A stretch of 64,000 bases of DNA from the human T2T-CHM13v2.0 reference genome, Homo sapiens. A program made the translations under genes and the position numbers. The notes below the pieces were generated by a model. It did not search any database, had not been told where the DNA came from, and was given only the letters and a program-made list of their open reading frames with translations. The first letter of the stretch is position 1; every line of letters starts with the position of its first letter. Shown here one piece after another: positions 39,901 to 53,309 of the stretch. The stretch lies in NCBI RefSeq assembly GCF_009914755.1, contig NC_060930.1. One strand, written 5' to 3'.

Positions 39901-40284
39901 AATGAATTTTAGTGTGCATTTGTGACTGGCCTTACCTGAAGGCATCTTAAGACATTGCTTGGCTTCTGACAGTGATCAACAAAGATGGTAACCACAGGTA
40001 CAACTCAGTTTTCAAGCCAGTACATTTAACTTTATCCAAAGAGAAAAAAAGAATTGTCCTCAAAATCATGTTTTTTATTATATCCCAGGCAATCCTGGCT
40101 CTGTTAAATCTTAGAATTTTCATAACTAAATTATGTTTTCCTCAATTTCTTTAGTTTGAATCCCATCTACAAAGAAAATTACTCCAAACTTAATAAACAG
40201 CAATTCAGAAAAAAAATTGTATTTTGCTAATCTAATGAAAATGCGTATTGAGCTCAGTAGTATTACAATTAGAAATTCAAAACT

Positions 40285-40945
40285 ATGGAGATGGCTTTTT
40301 GTATAAATTAACACTCTGATCCTAAAATTCATATGGAAATAGAAGGGGCCCAGAATTGACAAAACCATCCTGCACAAGAACAAAGTTGAAAGACTCAATT
40401 CACAATTTCGAAATTTACTATAAAGCTATAGTAATCAAGACAGTGTAATAAACATAGATCCACGTAATTGAATATTTATGGTCAATGAATTATTAACAAA
40501 GGTTCCAAGAAAATTCAAAAGTAAAGCAATAGTCTTTTTTACAACAATGGTAGCAGGAAAAGTATATAATCACATGCAAAAGAATGAAATTGAATACCTT
40601 CCTCACATAACACACAAAAAAATTAACTCGATATGTATTATAGATCTAAATGGAAGTGCTAAAACTATAAGATCTGTAGAAAAAAATATAGAAGTATTTT
40701 AATTGTCTATTGGGTTAGAAAAATCATTATAGAGATAAAACCAAAACCACAAATGAAAACAGAAAAAAATAGAAAAATTGGACTTCATAAAAAATACAAC
40801 TGTGTTCCTTAAAGCAAATGTTCAAGATACATTCAGGTAAAAAGTCAACTCATAAATTTAAGAAAAACATTTCAATATAATCTATCTGATAAGAGAATGG
40901 TACTTATATAAAAATTTCTTACAACTTTATAATACAAATAATTTA
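40285..40945 (+). mobile_element. L1M ORF2 fragment
   Basis: gatcctaaaattcatatggaaa, ttactataaagctatagtaatcaagacagtgt, aaaattggacttcataaaaa. Confidence 0.8.
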
Positions 40946-41299
40946 GTTTCATTAAGGGTACTAGAATAAGTGGGAAAGTAGAAAAGAGAATAAAATGCTT
41001 AAAATTGGATTTTGAAATCATTGCAATTAATGATGATAACAAAGTTCAGGATGGATCCAGTAAGTGAGTGAGGGATGTAGAATGGAGTGAAAGGTTGTTA
41101 ATGCTCAGGGGTAAATAAGCAAGATTCTAAGAGATTCATCCATGTGTGTGGTCAACATATAAGGATGTGGGTGGTGAGTAATGCAGTGAGCCAGGAGTCA
41201 AATTTTTCAGTGAATAAGTGGGAATGGCTGTGAGGTTACTTGATGTAAGCAATAATAATTTCAAAAGAATGCAAGAAATGATAAGGCAGTACCAATATG

Positions 41300-41545
41300 T
41301 AAGCAATATCATATAAAAGTTAAGAACCTGAGTTTAAATCACTGCTTTGTCATTACTTGATTGGGTAGTCTATGACAAGTGTAGTCTATAACAAGTTACT
41401 CAATGTCACTAAACCTCCATTTATTCATCTATAAAACTGAGAAGACTAACACTTACTTCATAAAGTTATTATGAAAATTAAATAAAATAATGAATATGAA
41501 GTACCTGGCATATATTTAGTTCTCAGGACATGTGAGCTACTTATT
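41300..41545 (+). mobile_element. MIR SINE with an internal 16-bp tandem duplication
   Basis: cctgagtttaaatc, caagttactcaatgtcactaaacctc, tcatctataaaa; gtagtctatgacaagt/gtagtctataacaagt. Confidence 0.8.
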
Positions 41546-42699
41546 GATTAACATATGACTAATGTATGGGTCTAAATCATTTTTACAATAGAAATTCCTG
41601 AAACTAGCTCAGGCAGAAAAGAAAACTAATTCAAAGACTCTGAGTATTGGATATTTTTGGGGGGTCAGACCAGCCCCTGAATTGACTTTATATCTGGCAG
41701 TCTGCCACAGTGTGATTCTTGGTGGGAGGTGAGATTCACCTACATATCAGAAACCTAAGAGCAAACATTTGCTTATGTCAAGTCTTAGGAACCAGCGTGA
41801 ATATACATATCCCGTGTCAGACAATCAGACACTCTCATCTGGGACTTTAATCTGGAATACTCGAGGCAAAGAAATAGATGGTTGAAAATTCCTTCTAGTG
41901 GCAACAGCAGTGACATCAGGTGGTGGAGGTGTTAGAGATGACATCCAATGTCCAGATCCATCTTCAGACTATTTCTGTGGTTTGGTTAGGTTTTTCTTGA
42001 TATTTTGCTATTTGCAAGCCTGGTTTCCCAGAGTAAGGAATCTGAATGCCACCAATCTCCCTCCTTAGAAGATACCCTTCACTATCTTGGCTTCATTCTT
42101 TCATACTGTCTACACATGGCAGAAAATGTAACCAGTATCAATGTTCAGCCTTCATATCTCCAAGTTTGTCACTGGGAAGGCATTAAGATTTCCTTTCTTT
42201 TTTTTGTATTAGCATAGAAGAAATTCTTGAGAAATCAATTAAAAGTATTTTTTCATTTGCCTCCCCACCTCCTTTTATTCTTGTATTCTTTGGTTGTAAA
42301 TACAAAACTGGAGAAATATTATAGTTGTCTCAGTGTGTGGCTGTGTTTATTCTTTGAGATTAAATTAACTGTAGCCATCACAATGAATAATACAATTGAC
42401 CTATATCATAACAAGTGCTGAATCTCAGACCAATCAATGCAAAGCCAAGGATGCAGAATCCCTCTAAAAGAAAGGGTTCTACTAGAATGAACATGTTTAG
42501 GATGGGGAAAGAGGCATCACCTAGAAGATGACAAAAAAACACATTTTTAAAATATAGGAAAAAGTATAATAGGCAATTTAGGAATACTCGCTACAATTTA
42601 TAAACATATATGAGAGCAAGACAATAATGTCTGAGATATTACTGTGTAAATAGAGAATAATTTAATAATTTTTATCAAAAACATATATTCTATACAATG

Positions 42700-42960
42700 T
42701 TTGGGAATCTCATTTGATAAGGCATCAAATAAATGATAGAAAAGACAGGAATGAGGAAAGGCTATTGGGAAGGAAGTTATTTTGATGGTTCAGGTATGAG
42801 GGCCTGAACTAATGCAAAGTCAATAAGAATGTAAAGAAAGTGCTAAATTAAAGAGTTATTTTTAAGGAAGAATCAATAAAACTTGATGGCTGATTGATTC
42901 ATGTTGGTGAAGGTGATTTCAAAGCTGATATCAACCATACTTGTAATACTGACAAAAATC
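42700..42960 (-). mobile_element. L2 fragment
   Basis: ggcctgaactaa...aaggaagaatcaataaaacttgatggctgattg. Confidence 0.5.
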
Positions 42961-43769
42961 TCTAAAAGAAATAGTGAATTTCTGTGTATGTGTATGTGTG
43001 TTTGAGAGGTTCATCTGATGGAAGTTAAGGAGGCAAATGAAAAAATACTTTTAATGGATTTCTCAAGAATTTTTTCTGTGCTAATACAAATATTTTTCAT
43101 TTTGTTTTGTATTTATACTTCAAGAATACATACATAAAATATCAATGAGTAAATGAATATATAAATATATGGCAACATTTCTATTTTACTGAGAGACTTT
43201 TCTATGACACATAAAGTGAATGTAGCCCATAATTTGAGAAATGTTGCCTAATGCAAAATATATTTGAAATAGTGCTCATTCTTCTACTGAGAAAGCTGCT
43301 ACCTGAAAGCAAATTAGGCACTTTTCCATGTTACATCAAACAACAATTTAAGGCCACGGGAGTAGTCATGCTTCTGATTCTAAATGTATTCTCACCTTCC
43401 GTATGAATTCATTCAGCTTTCAAAAGCAGCTGACACGTTGAAAATGTTGTATTTACTGCAAAAATTAGTCTCTGGTTATATCTCCATTCTTTTGACCTAT
43501 GCAAGATTAACTTCTTGATATGCTTATTAGCACATTTTAGAAATCGGAGACATCTGGGGAAAACTTTACCTTTTCTAGTTGCAACACATAGATATATAAA
43601 CTACTTTATTTGTTTGTTCCCCTCTAGGGAAATATATCTAAAATGGCTGTAAACCTTCTCAGATAGATTTTGGCTTAACAAATAATGGTTTTGTAATTGT
43701 TTTTAGAATCATTTAGCAAAAATAAATTTGTGGGTAATGTCTCCAGTGAACCAGACTCAATGACTTGCT

Positions 43770-44357
43770 TCCAGGTAATAGAGTACAGAAAGATAAAAAT
43801 GGAAACTACACGGTGGAGATACCTGGCAAATACTACCATAACTGAGTTCAACATTACCAGTAATAAGTTATGTTAATATTTCTGTGCAGTCTAAATTGAT
43901 GAGAAGACACTTCACCTCAGTGTCATTCTACTCCAAAATTCATAAACCCATAGTTTGGGAATTATGAATTGAAAAATATGTATCCCAAACTGAGGTATAT
44001 TCTACCAAGTACTTGATCAGTAACCTTCAAAAGTGCCAAGATCATGAGAAACAAGGACAAACTGAAAAAGTCACAGCCTGGAAACACTAAAGAGACAGGA
44101 TGACCAAACACAACATGGCATTTTGCATTGAAGCCTGGAACAAAAAAGGACATTAGTGGAAAAACTTGTGAAATGTGAACACAGTTTATACATTAATTAA
44201 TAATATTTTAGTGATTTTCATTTCTTAGTTTTGGCAAGTATATAATGATTACAAAAGATAGTAGCGTTAAAGGAAGCTGGGTGAAAGATACGCAGGAATT
44301 CTCTGCACTCTTTGCATCTTATGTAAACCTAGAGTTTAAAAATAAGTTTTTTAAAAA
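43770..44357 (+). mobile_element. L1MC4-like 3' UTR
   Basis: ggtggagatacctggcaaa, ttcaaaagtgccaagatcatg, aaaggacattagtggaaaaact, ggaagctgggtgaaag. Confidence 0.82.
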
Positions 44358-45728
44358 TATTAAAATTATTTAAAATTATTTTTATATTCTGTTCATACTG
44401 AAATGTGAATGAATACATGATTATATCTGTGTATATAGCCTCTTCCAATTCAATTTTCATTTTCCAAAAAATGTGGTAACTTCCTTCAGGGCAGAATTTC
44501 ATATAATCAATCCACATATGACTGTTTTAACTACATGGAGTTCTTTATGGCAGGAACGCATTAAAGATGAAGAAACTATGGAGAAGAGTTCGAGACTTTC
44601 TCAAAGTGACAGTTATCAACAGAGACAGAACCAGAATCCAATTTTCTAGTTTACTGAATGGCATTATTTCCTTTTATGGACTCAAATAATTAAGTAGCTT
44701 TGCCTCATGTGTTTCTGTTAGTCTATACTTGATCTAGTTTTGCAAAATCTCCAAATTTGGACTTTTAACTTTTTATATAATGTTTCTCAAGCTGTAATTC
44801 ATGTACCCCTGGAGATTACAAACATGTCATTGGAGTCTATAAGTATTTGTGTTTGAAAAAATGATGGTTAAAAACTAGATGTTATAATAGAATATATTGA
44901 GCTAGGATTATTATTAATTGAATTCAGCTGCTAATGGATAAAGCTTAAATGCAACTAGGATTCTGACAGATCTTTTGCAGATCATTTCTAAAAATACTTT
45001 CTGGAAATAAAAATGAGGAAAAGAACCAGTATTGTTGATGTTTGATGGCAACTGTAGAAATGTAGGCATGACATAAGATATCATACATTGCTTAATCAGT
45101 AAGAGTAACCAAATATAATTTTAATATATTAATGCAGACACAGTATAGCAGACCATTAAGAGCCTGCTTGATATTCGTTTCTCTTTCAACCTTACTATCA
45201 GAGACTAGTTTTGTTCAGGTGTCTACCTCTCCCTCATGTAACTTAAGAAAAGGTGACACCCACTACCCAGTTCATTGGCTAAGTGCTTAATAATTCAAAT
45301 ATGTTATGGTGGTTCTATTGCCCAACTAAGTTTATGTACAGTCTAAATGGGAAAACCTGAAAGTTTTTACATTGAGAATAATGAATGAAAGCAGAAGTTT
45401 ATGAATACTTATGAGGTTAACACTTTGCTGACTTTTGAGACAAGAGAGGAAATCTGCTAGAATACTCACGGGAAAGTTGTCCTCTTTTCTATGAAGATAT
45501 CTGAAAGGATGATCCCTGTACCTAGTTCTGGCCAGTAGCTCTATAGATGTGCTGCCTAGAACTGCCATAACAAACTTGTCATCTGTCTGAGGTAGAAAAG
45601 GCAGAAAGTAGCATTACCTTGTGAACTAAAAGTCAACTTTCTTTTTCTTTTTTTTTTTTTTCTACAATGAACTCAAACAAATTTACAAGAAAAAAACAAA
45701 CAACCCCATCAAAAAGTGGGCGAAGGAC

Positions 45729-46331
45729 ATGAACAGACACTTCTCAAAAGAAGACATTTATGCAGCCAAAAAACACATGAAGAAATGCTCATCGTCACTG
45801 GCCATCAGAGAAATGCAAATCAAAACCACTATGAGATATCATCTCACACCAGTTAGAATGGCAATCATTAAAAAGTCAGGAAACAACAGGTGCTGGAGAG
45901 GATGTGGAGAAATAGGAACACTTTTACACTGTTGGTGGGACTGTAAACTAGTTCAACCATTGTGGAAGTCAGTGTGGCGATTCCTCAGGGATCTAGAACT
46001 AGAAATACCATTTGACCCAGCCATCCCATTACTGGGTATATACCCAAAGGACTATAAATCATGCTGCTATAAAGACACATGCACACGTATGTTTATTGCG
46101 GCACTATTCACAATAGCAAAGACTTGGAACCAACCCAAATGTCCAACAATGATAGACTGGATTAAGAAAATGTGGCACATATACACCATGGAATACTATG
46201 CAGCCATAAAAAATGATGAGTTCATGTCCTTTGTAGGGACATGGATGAAATTGGAAACCATCATTCTCAGTAAACTATCGCAAGAACAAAAAACCAAACA
46301 CCGCATATTCTCACTCATAGGTGGGAATTGA
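45729..46331 (+). pseudogene. LINE-1 ORF2p C-terminal 200 aa (cysteine-rich domain); promoterless fragment
   Basis: [18 protein letters not shown] motif and the canonical end ...[10 protein letters not shown]. Confidence 0.95.
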
Positions 46332-46374
46332 ACAATGAGATCACATGGACACAGGAAGGGGAATATCACACTCT

Positions 46375-46408
46375 GGGGACTGTGGTGGGGTCGGGGGAGG
46401 GGGGAGGG
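46375..46408 (+). other. L1 3' UTR G-rich tract (potential G-quadruplex)
   Basis: ggggactgtggtggggtcgggggaggggggaggg has at least four G-runs. Confidence 0.75.
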
Positions 46409-46939
46409 ATAGCATTTGGAGATATACCTAATGCTAGATGACATGTTAGTGGGTGCAGCGCACCAGCATGGCACATGTATACATATGTAACTAACCTGCA
46501 CAATGTGCACATGTACCCTAAAACTTAGAGTATAATAAAAAAAAAAAAAAACATTAAAAAAAAAAAATAAAAGTCAACTTTCTATCAGTCTTTACTGTTA
46601 CAAAGATATTATGATGGAACAACTTAGCTCATTCAGGCAAAAATGAACTACTGAACACACTGATTGGCCTGCATTGCTTACTTAAAGTGGACCTATTTTT
46701 TTTGTTGCATAGAAATTAACAACTAAGTCAAGAATTAGGGCATTGTTTAGCCCTATATTCTTCACAAACTAAAGTGAGAACAGAAATAATGAATTGGATG
46801 CATTGTTATGAAATTATCTAATTAATTGCTTCAAAGGGTGACTTTGTTCTAAAACAGGAATCTGCCGAAGGCTTTCTGCTTTTGTTTAGGGTTGTTTGGA
46901 GGATTAAATATTGTACAAAATACCCAGAACACAGCTTGG

Positions 46940-47289
46940 TGTATTAGTCCAGTTTCAGGCTGCTGATAAAGACATACCTGAGACTGGGAAGGAAAAGAGG
47001 TTAATGGACTTACAGCTGACATGGCTGGGGAGGCCTCACAATGGCATAAGGCAAGGAGGAGCAAGTCATATCTTACATAGATGGTGGCAGGAAAGAGAGA
47101 GCTTGTGCAGGGAAACTCCCCTTTTTAAAGTCATCAGATCTCATGAGACTTACTAGCTATCAGGAGAACAGCACGGGAAAGACCAACTCCCGAGTCAATT
47201 ATTTCCCACTGGGTCCCTCCCACAATATGTGGGAATTATGGGAGCTACAAGATCAGATTTGTGTGGGGACACAGAGCCAAACCATATCA
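46940..47289 (-). mobile_element. THE1 (THE1B-like) solo LTR with perfect 5-bp TSD cttgg
   Basis: tgtattagtcc...gctgataaagacatacctgagactggg...gccaaaccatatca; cttgg at 46935-46939 and 47290-47294. Confidence 0.95.
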
Positions 47290-49924
47290 CTTGGCATATA
47301 TTATTTGCAGAATATATAGTTCAGCTTATTTCTACCTATTCTTTGAATATGATGTACTCATCAATCCCATTCATGTCATTTCCTTCAGAAGGAATATTCA
47401 GAAGAGATATCTTTTAAACTACTGATAGAAAACAGTTCATTACATGGTTCTTGTTGATGCTGCTGTAATCAACAAATACATTTTGCATTTTATGTATTAT
47501 AGCAAGAATTGCATAATAAAGAATTAAGGAGTTACAAATAAACATTCCTACAAACCAAAGTAAATACTTAGAAAATGGTAAGGTTTTCAATTCCTGAGCA
47601 AGAATAATTATGTGCCTAACCATTGTTATTAACAGAAGTTGTATACTGAATTCTTGATTCAGTGATCTGAAAATAATTTCTACACTCTGAATCTGATAAA
47701 TTGATAGTACCAATTATCGTATGTCTTGAAAAGTATCTCTTTGGGTGGTAAGAAGATGTAAATTGGGTGAGGAACATGAGAAAAGCAATTAATTTTCTCA
47801 ACTTTATCAGTATGTATCTGCATACATACAGGCCACAGTATATTTAAATAAACCATTAGTTTTCTAAATCCCATTTTCTTTAAAATTGCACTTTTTTTTC
47901 TCTTGGAAAGAAAATATTGCTGTGATGATCAGTCTAGTTCTTCAGGGAAGAATCCATAGATTGCAAAATATCTCATGTATATATATATATAGAGAGAGAG
48001 GCCATCTACTGGGTCATTTTTTTTTAATAAACAGAAATTGTCATTACCTTAGGCAAAATAAAAATTTGTTGCAAGCCTATGATACTTTCTTAGAATCAAT
48101 GGGAAAGTTAGAGAAAAGCCTTATATATACACGCAGGAGCAAAGATGATTCCAAACACCTGTGAAACAGAAACTACAGAATGGTTCTATCTGCAAGAATA
48201 TTTTTGCCAGGGAACCATTACTCATTCAAATAAACTCCAACTTTTTCTTTCATTCACTCTCCTTTCTAAGAAAGCCAGATGTCAAGCACCAAGTATTTGC
48301 AGTTTACTCTGGTAAAGGCTGTGCAATATACAGAGAATTATTATAAGACATAGCCCTTGCTTTAGAAAAGCTTACAGTCTAATGAAGGAGAGCATTCTGA
48401 CAGAGAAGATAGAGTAGTTTTATATCCACATTGGTCGAATAGCAGCTGAAACTATTAAACCCACAATCTGGCACCAATTTGCCTTTTTAAATATATCTCT
48501 TTCCACTACCCCCCAAAGAAAACCTGCGTACAAACTCTACTCTTCCCTCAATATACATTTTCCTTTGGTATCTCTACTTTTAATTCTCCAGCTGAAATTC
48601 TCTCCCTTCCATCTTTACATATTGAAGTTCTAACTAACTATTTATACCATCCTCAAATCTAGCTACTTCCATTAAGGAATCTGGTCCAAAGTCTTCAGTA
48701 GTTGCTTCCTTTAATAAATGAGGGCTAACCTATGTTGTATATGCTATGCTTTTGGCATTGATGCTGTACTAATCTACACTGCAATTATCTTTCTTTGCTT
48801 GTGGACTTAATGCATTTCCCTTCAACTGAATTGCACTCTGTGGGAAGGCAGAGTCATATTTGACTTCTTTTTTGCCCCCTTTCTCTCCGCTCTATAGCCC
48901 CGTTGTCATCACCTTGCCACATACACCCCAGTCCCAGCTATCCATTGCATGATACCATAATGCTTTGTCATTAACTAGTATGTCTTTTATGCATATATAT
49001 AATTTGATTCATAGGCATTGGTATTGATAAGGATGGTGACCATTCAGCCAAATAACTCCAACTGCCATAAAATATATTTATTTAAGGTGTCATTTTTCCT
49101 GACTTTTTTTGACCTCTCCTCTCAGTAATGATATCAAATGGATAAATGGTACAAGCCTAATTTTTCCTTCCTTTCTTACCTGATCCAGAGCACTGGTAAT
49201 TGAAATATCCTTAAACATCCTGTAACGTTGCCTTAAGTCTTATTTTCTCTACTTCATAAATGTCCAAGTAACTTTCTGGCTTATATCTCCCAACATGCTA
49301 CTGTTCCAGTGTCTTTACACGTTAAATGAGAAATATGTTAATGTGAGTAATGCAATTATTCCTTATTTTTCTGGTGTAGTATTCTGCTTGCCTCATGAAG
49401 GCAGGCATAACAAGTTAGAATATTTTAGCCTAGCCAACCCATATGTTCAGGCAATTGCCCAATGGCTTCTTTCCCCGCCTCAGGTAACATTTAATTGCTG
49501 AGAAACTACAGTGGCAGTTTATGACTAGTGCTTTGCATATCTGTACAAGATTGTTTTCAGTGCTGAAAATTCCCTTAATTTATAATTATTTTTTCACTTG
49601 AAATGTTTTATTAAAATAATCATTTCTTCTCTTCTTTGCTCTTTGGATAATTTTTTTGGTTAGAGTTTGTGTATTTAGAATTATTTCTAATAGATTAATT
49701 ATAGGATATTTAGATAATTATTAAACTACTAACCTATTGAATTTGTCTGTATCTTATATAAGGAGTTTCTATTACAGCATCTCAAATAGACTCCATGAAG
49801 AAGCATAGTTTTATATTTAGTTCACTTGCTTCTTTTCTTAAGGGACAAAAACAGTTTATATTTTTATTCTTACAATTAGCCTACTAACTCCATTTATTGA
49901 CCATGTACATTTTCTATTAAATAA

Positions 49925-50238
<314 letters not shown>

Positions 50239-50439
50239 GTGTTTCTTTTTTTTGTCTTCTGTCTTCACTGTTAGTGTGCACTTACAGAGAGAAGGCTTAC
50301 ATATGAACTGGAATACATTCAAAAAGATTTTACATACTTTTTTCAAATTAGGTAACAAATATGAAGTCTAAGGAGAATATGAACATATTCATGGAAAACA
50401 CAGATTAGTCTTATTTTTTTCATCTTTAGATAATATTTT

Positions 50440-51124
50440 TGTGATGGTTAATATTGAGTGTCAACTTGATTGGATTGGAGGATGCAAAGTATTATTCCCA
50501 GGTGCGTCTGTGAGGGTGAGGCCAAAGGGGATTAACATTTGAGTCAGTGGACTGGGAGAGGCAGACCTACCCTCAATCTGGGTGGGCACCATCCAATCAG
50601 TTGCCAGCCCAGCTAGAATAAGTGCAGACAGAAGAACATGGAAAGACCAGACTGGCTGAGTCTTCTGGACTTTATCTTTCTTCTGTGCTGGATGCTTCCT
50701 GCCCTCAAATATCAGACTCCAAGTTCTTCAGCTTTTAGATTCTTGGACTTACACCAGTGGTTTTCCAGGGGCTCTCTGGCCTTCAGCCAAAGACTGAAGG
50801 CTGCACTGTTGGCTTCCCTACTTTTGAGGTTTTGAGACTCAGATTGGCTTCCTTGCTCCTCAGCTTGCAGATGGCCTATTGTGGGACTTCACGTTGTGAT
50901 CCTGTGAATAAATATTCTTTAATAAACTCACTTTCATATATATATATTATATATACACACATACACACACACATATATACACACACACATATATATCATG
51001 TGTGTGTGTGTGTATATATATATATCTCATATGTATATGTGTGTGTGTGTATATATATATATTTACATATACATATGTATATCTCCTATTAGTCCTGTGC
51101 CTTTAGGGAAACCTGACTAGTACA
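50440..51124 (+). mobile_element. MLT2A (HERVL) solo LTR, degenerate TSD atttt/ctttt
   Basis: tgtgatggttaatattgagtgtcaacttgattggattg...ggcctattgtgggactt...cctgactagtaca. Confidence 0.92.
50935..51082. repeat. (TA)/(CA)/(TG) compound microsatellite inside MLT2A
   Basis: Directly visible. Confidence 0.92.
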
Positions 51125-53089
51125 CTTTTTATACACAAGTCATATGAAGGTTGGAAAGAATGCTTTTTTATGTGCATATTTCTTAGTAAATGGATGCAAA
51201 CTTTCTCATGACCTTTCTCAGTAGAAAATGCTCGTATGTTTAGATTTTCTCAATTCTATACTTGTTCTGGAAGTAAGGAAATTTACGTAGAGGATGTTAA
51301 GCAAAAGTTGACATTTAAAAAAAATCTTCTGGGTGTGATCTATTGAGCTAATTCATAAACTCCTGAAAAACAGACAACTAAGATATTTGAGTCTTTGGAA
51401 TGGAGAACTAGAAAATGTCTCCTGACATACTTAGGTTCTCTGATATCAAAACTTTAATTTCTTTTCATACCATTGATTTTTACGTTGCTGTCATAGATTC
51501 TGCAGTAACCTGATAAACATATAAGTATTGAAATTGTTTGATTTTTAATATCACAAAAATTGTAATTCTTTCAACAAATACGTTATAAATAGAAAAAACT
51601 TGTCCAATCATAAAAGTGTCTGACTATTTAAAAGAATGAAACAATAACAATAACAAAAAAATGATACCACAGGCTTCCAGACAATAAGATTTGAAATTGT
51701 AATTGAATATGCACATTTATTTTGCAGATATATTGCAGATCACTCTGCATTCAATAATACATAACTGCAAACAGTAAAATCATATTATAATTGAGTTAAA
51801 GAGGTTGATTTCAGACTCATTCCAGTGGGATTCTAGTTTAATAATAATGACCTGCATTGTAAAACAATTTACCAACACACATAATAAATAAGATATTTGT
51901 GATCATAACAGGCAAGATTAAATTAACTTTGAAAAGATTTTTAAGTGACCCTATTCAATACTAGATGAATTATAAATTAAATCTATTTTATTGTACTTAT
52001 TATAAGTATTTTATTTCAATTACTTTAGATAAATTTTAAGTACATTTTATTATTTGTATTATATAATTGTGAATATACTTTAGTTGCATACTTTTACTAA
52101 ATATAAGAAATACTGATATCCAAAAGGTAAACAAAAAGTTGGACAGGACTTTTGAAATAAAAGGGGTAACTAAGCTCCTATATTCACTGATTCTTCTTCC
52201 TGTAATCTCATTAAAATTAAAAAGATACTAGAAAAATAACCTCACAGCTTTTCTAGAATGCTCCACCACAAAAAATTTTTAAGACTGACTTGAAATTGTG
52301 ACAATTTTAGAAGATATAAAGTGGAAGTGATCATAGGGTGAAATGAAATAGAACTAGGGAATTCATAACCTCATTATCAAAGAAGAGAGTTTCAAAATGT
52401 GAATAGTCCTTAAACATCTATTTAATAAAACTATAGTTATCAGTATTAGTGATGGCAGAAGGAGGTGGTCTCAAGCAGGCGGCCAGGGAATTAGAATATT
52501 TTTTGAAAGGTTATAGAACAGAGATGCTGTATCCGGCATTTGCCTATAGCACAAAACAACAAATGAAACATTTAAGCCATAGATGCATAAATTTTACGCT
52601 ACATAGAGCTGAGTGGTATGTGAACAGATAAACGTAGGTATTTACGTGGTTAGTTCTCTTTTGCTCTCTCTATCAAACTCTGGTCCAAGGAGTCTGAAAG
52701 ACATTATCCCCACTAGGAGACACTTCAACAATGGCTGCAAGAAGGTAAAGTTAACACCCAAAGACCAGACAAAATAAAGAACAAATCAACATCTACTATC
52801 ACTATATAGACAAATTATCGTGGGAGGGGAAACCCAGAAATATAAGCTTTGAAAAAAAAAAAGTTTACACTGAGATTGAAAAACAAACCACTACCACCAC
52901 CACCACCAACAAAAACTAGCCAAAACCAAAGAGAGACAGAGTTACTTTGTTCTCCATGTCTGCCTAGGAGAAAATGAAGAGGTGTTCTACAAACAAACAT
53001 TGTCTACTACTGAAAATAAAGATCCTATATTTTTGCATCTGGACTGGACATTGTTGATGTCCTACCTAGCTCCCTTTACCCAGCTAGTA

Positions 53090-53253
53090 CACATATCTTC
53101 CATATTGCTGAGTGTTGGCTATTCATAGCTCATGGCTCATCCTCAGCCTTACGCTGCTTCCAACATCCTCCTTCTCCTGAGAGCATTCCTTCAATAAATC
53201 ACATGAGCATGTATCACTCACTTGAATTCTGCTTTTAGGAAATTTCTACCTAA
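53090..53253 (+). mobile_element. Probable LTR16-like ERVL LTR 3' fragment
   Basis: cctgagagcattccttcaataaatcac...tctgcttttaggaaa...acctaa. Confidence 0.45.
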
Positions 53254-53264
53254 TTTTAGGGGAA

Positions 53265-53309
53265 AAATGGACACATATAGAACGAGATGCTGTCTATATG
53301 TGTCCATTT
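53265..53309. repeat. Perfect inverted repeat: 17-bp arms, 11-nt spacer
   Basis: aaatggacacatataga-acgagatgctg-tctatatgtgtccattt. Confidence 0.95.

Larger units (their letters stand above)
45628..46583 (+). mobile_element. 5'-truncated L1HS (pre-Ta-type) with 15-bp TSD aaaagtcaactttct, 5' poly(T) and 3' poly(A)
   Basis: TSD at 45628-45642 and 46569-46583; L1 body from 45661; L1HS diagnostics ttaGagtataat and ggaatatcacac. Confidence 0.95.

Noticed and set aside
45729-46331. 200-aa ORF as a functional gene
   Set aside because: Promoterless truncated L1 ORF2; intact because the insertion is young
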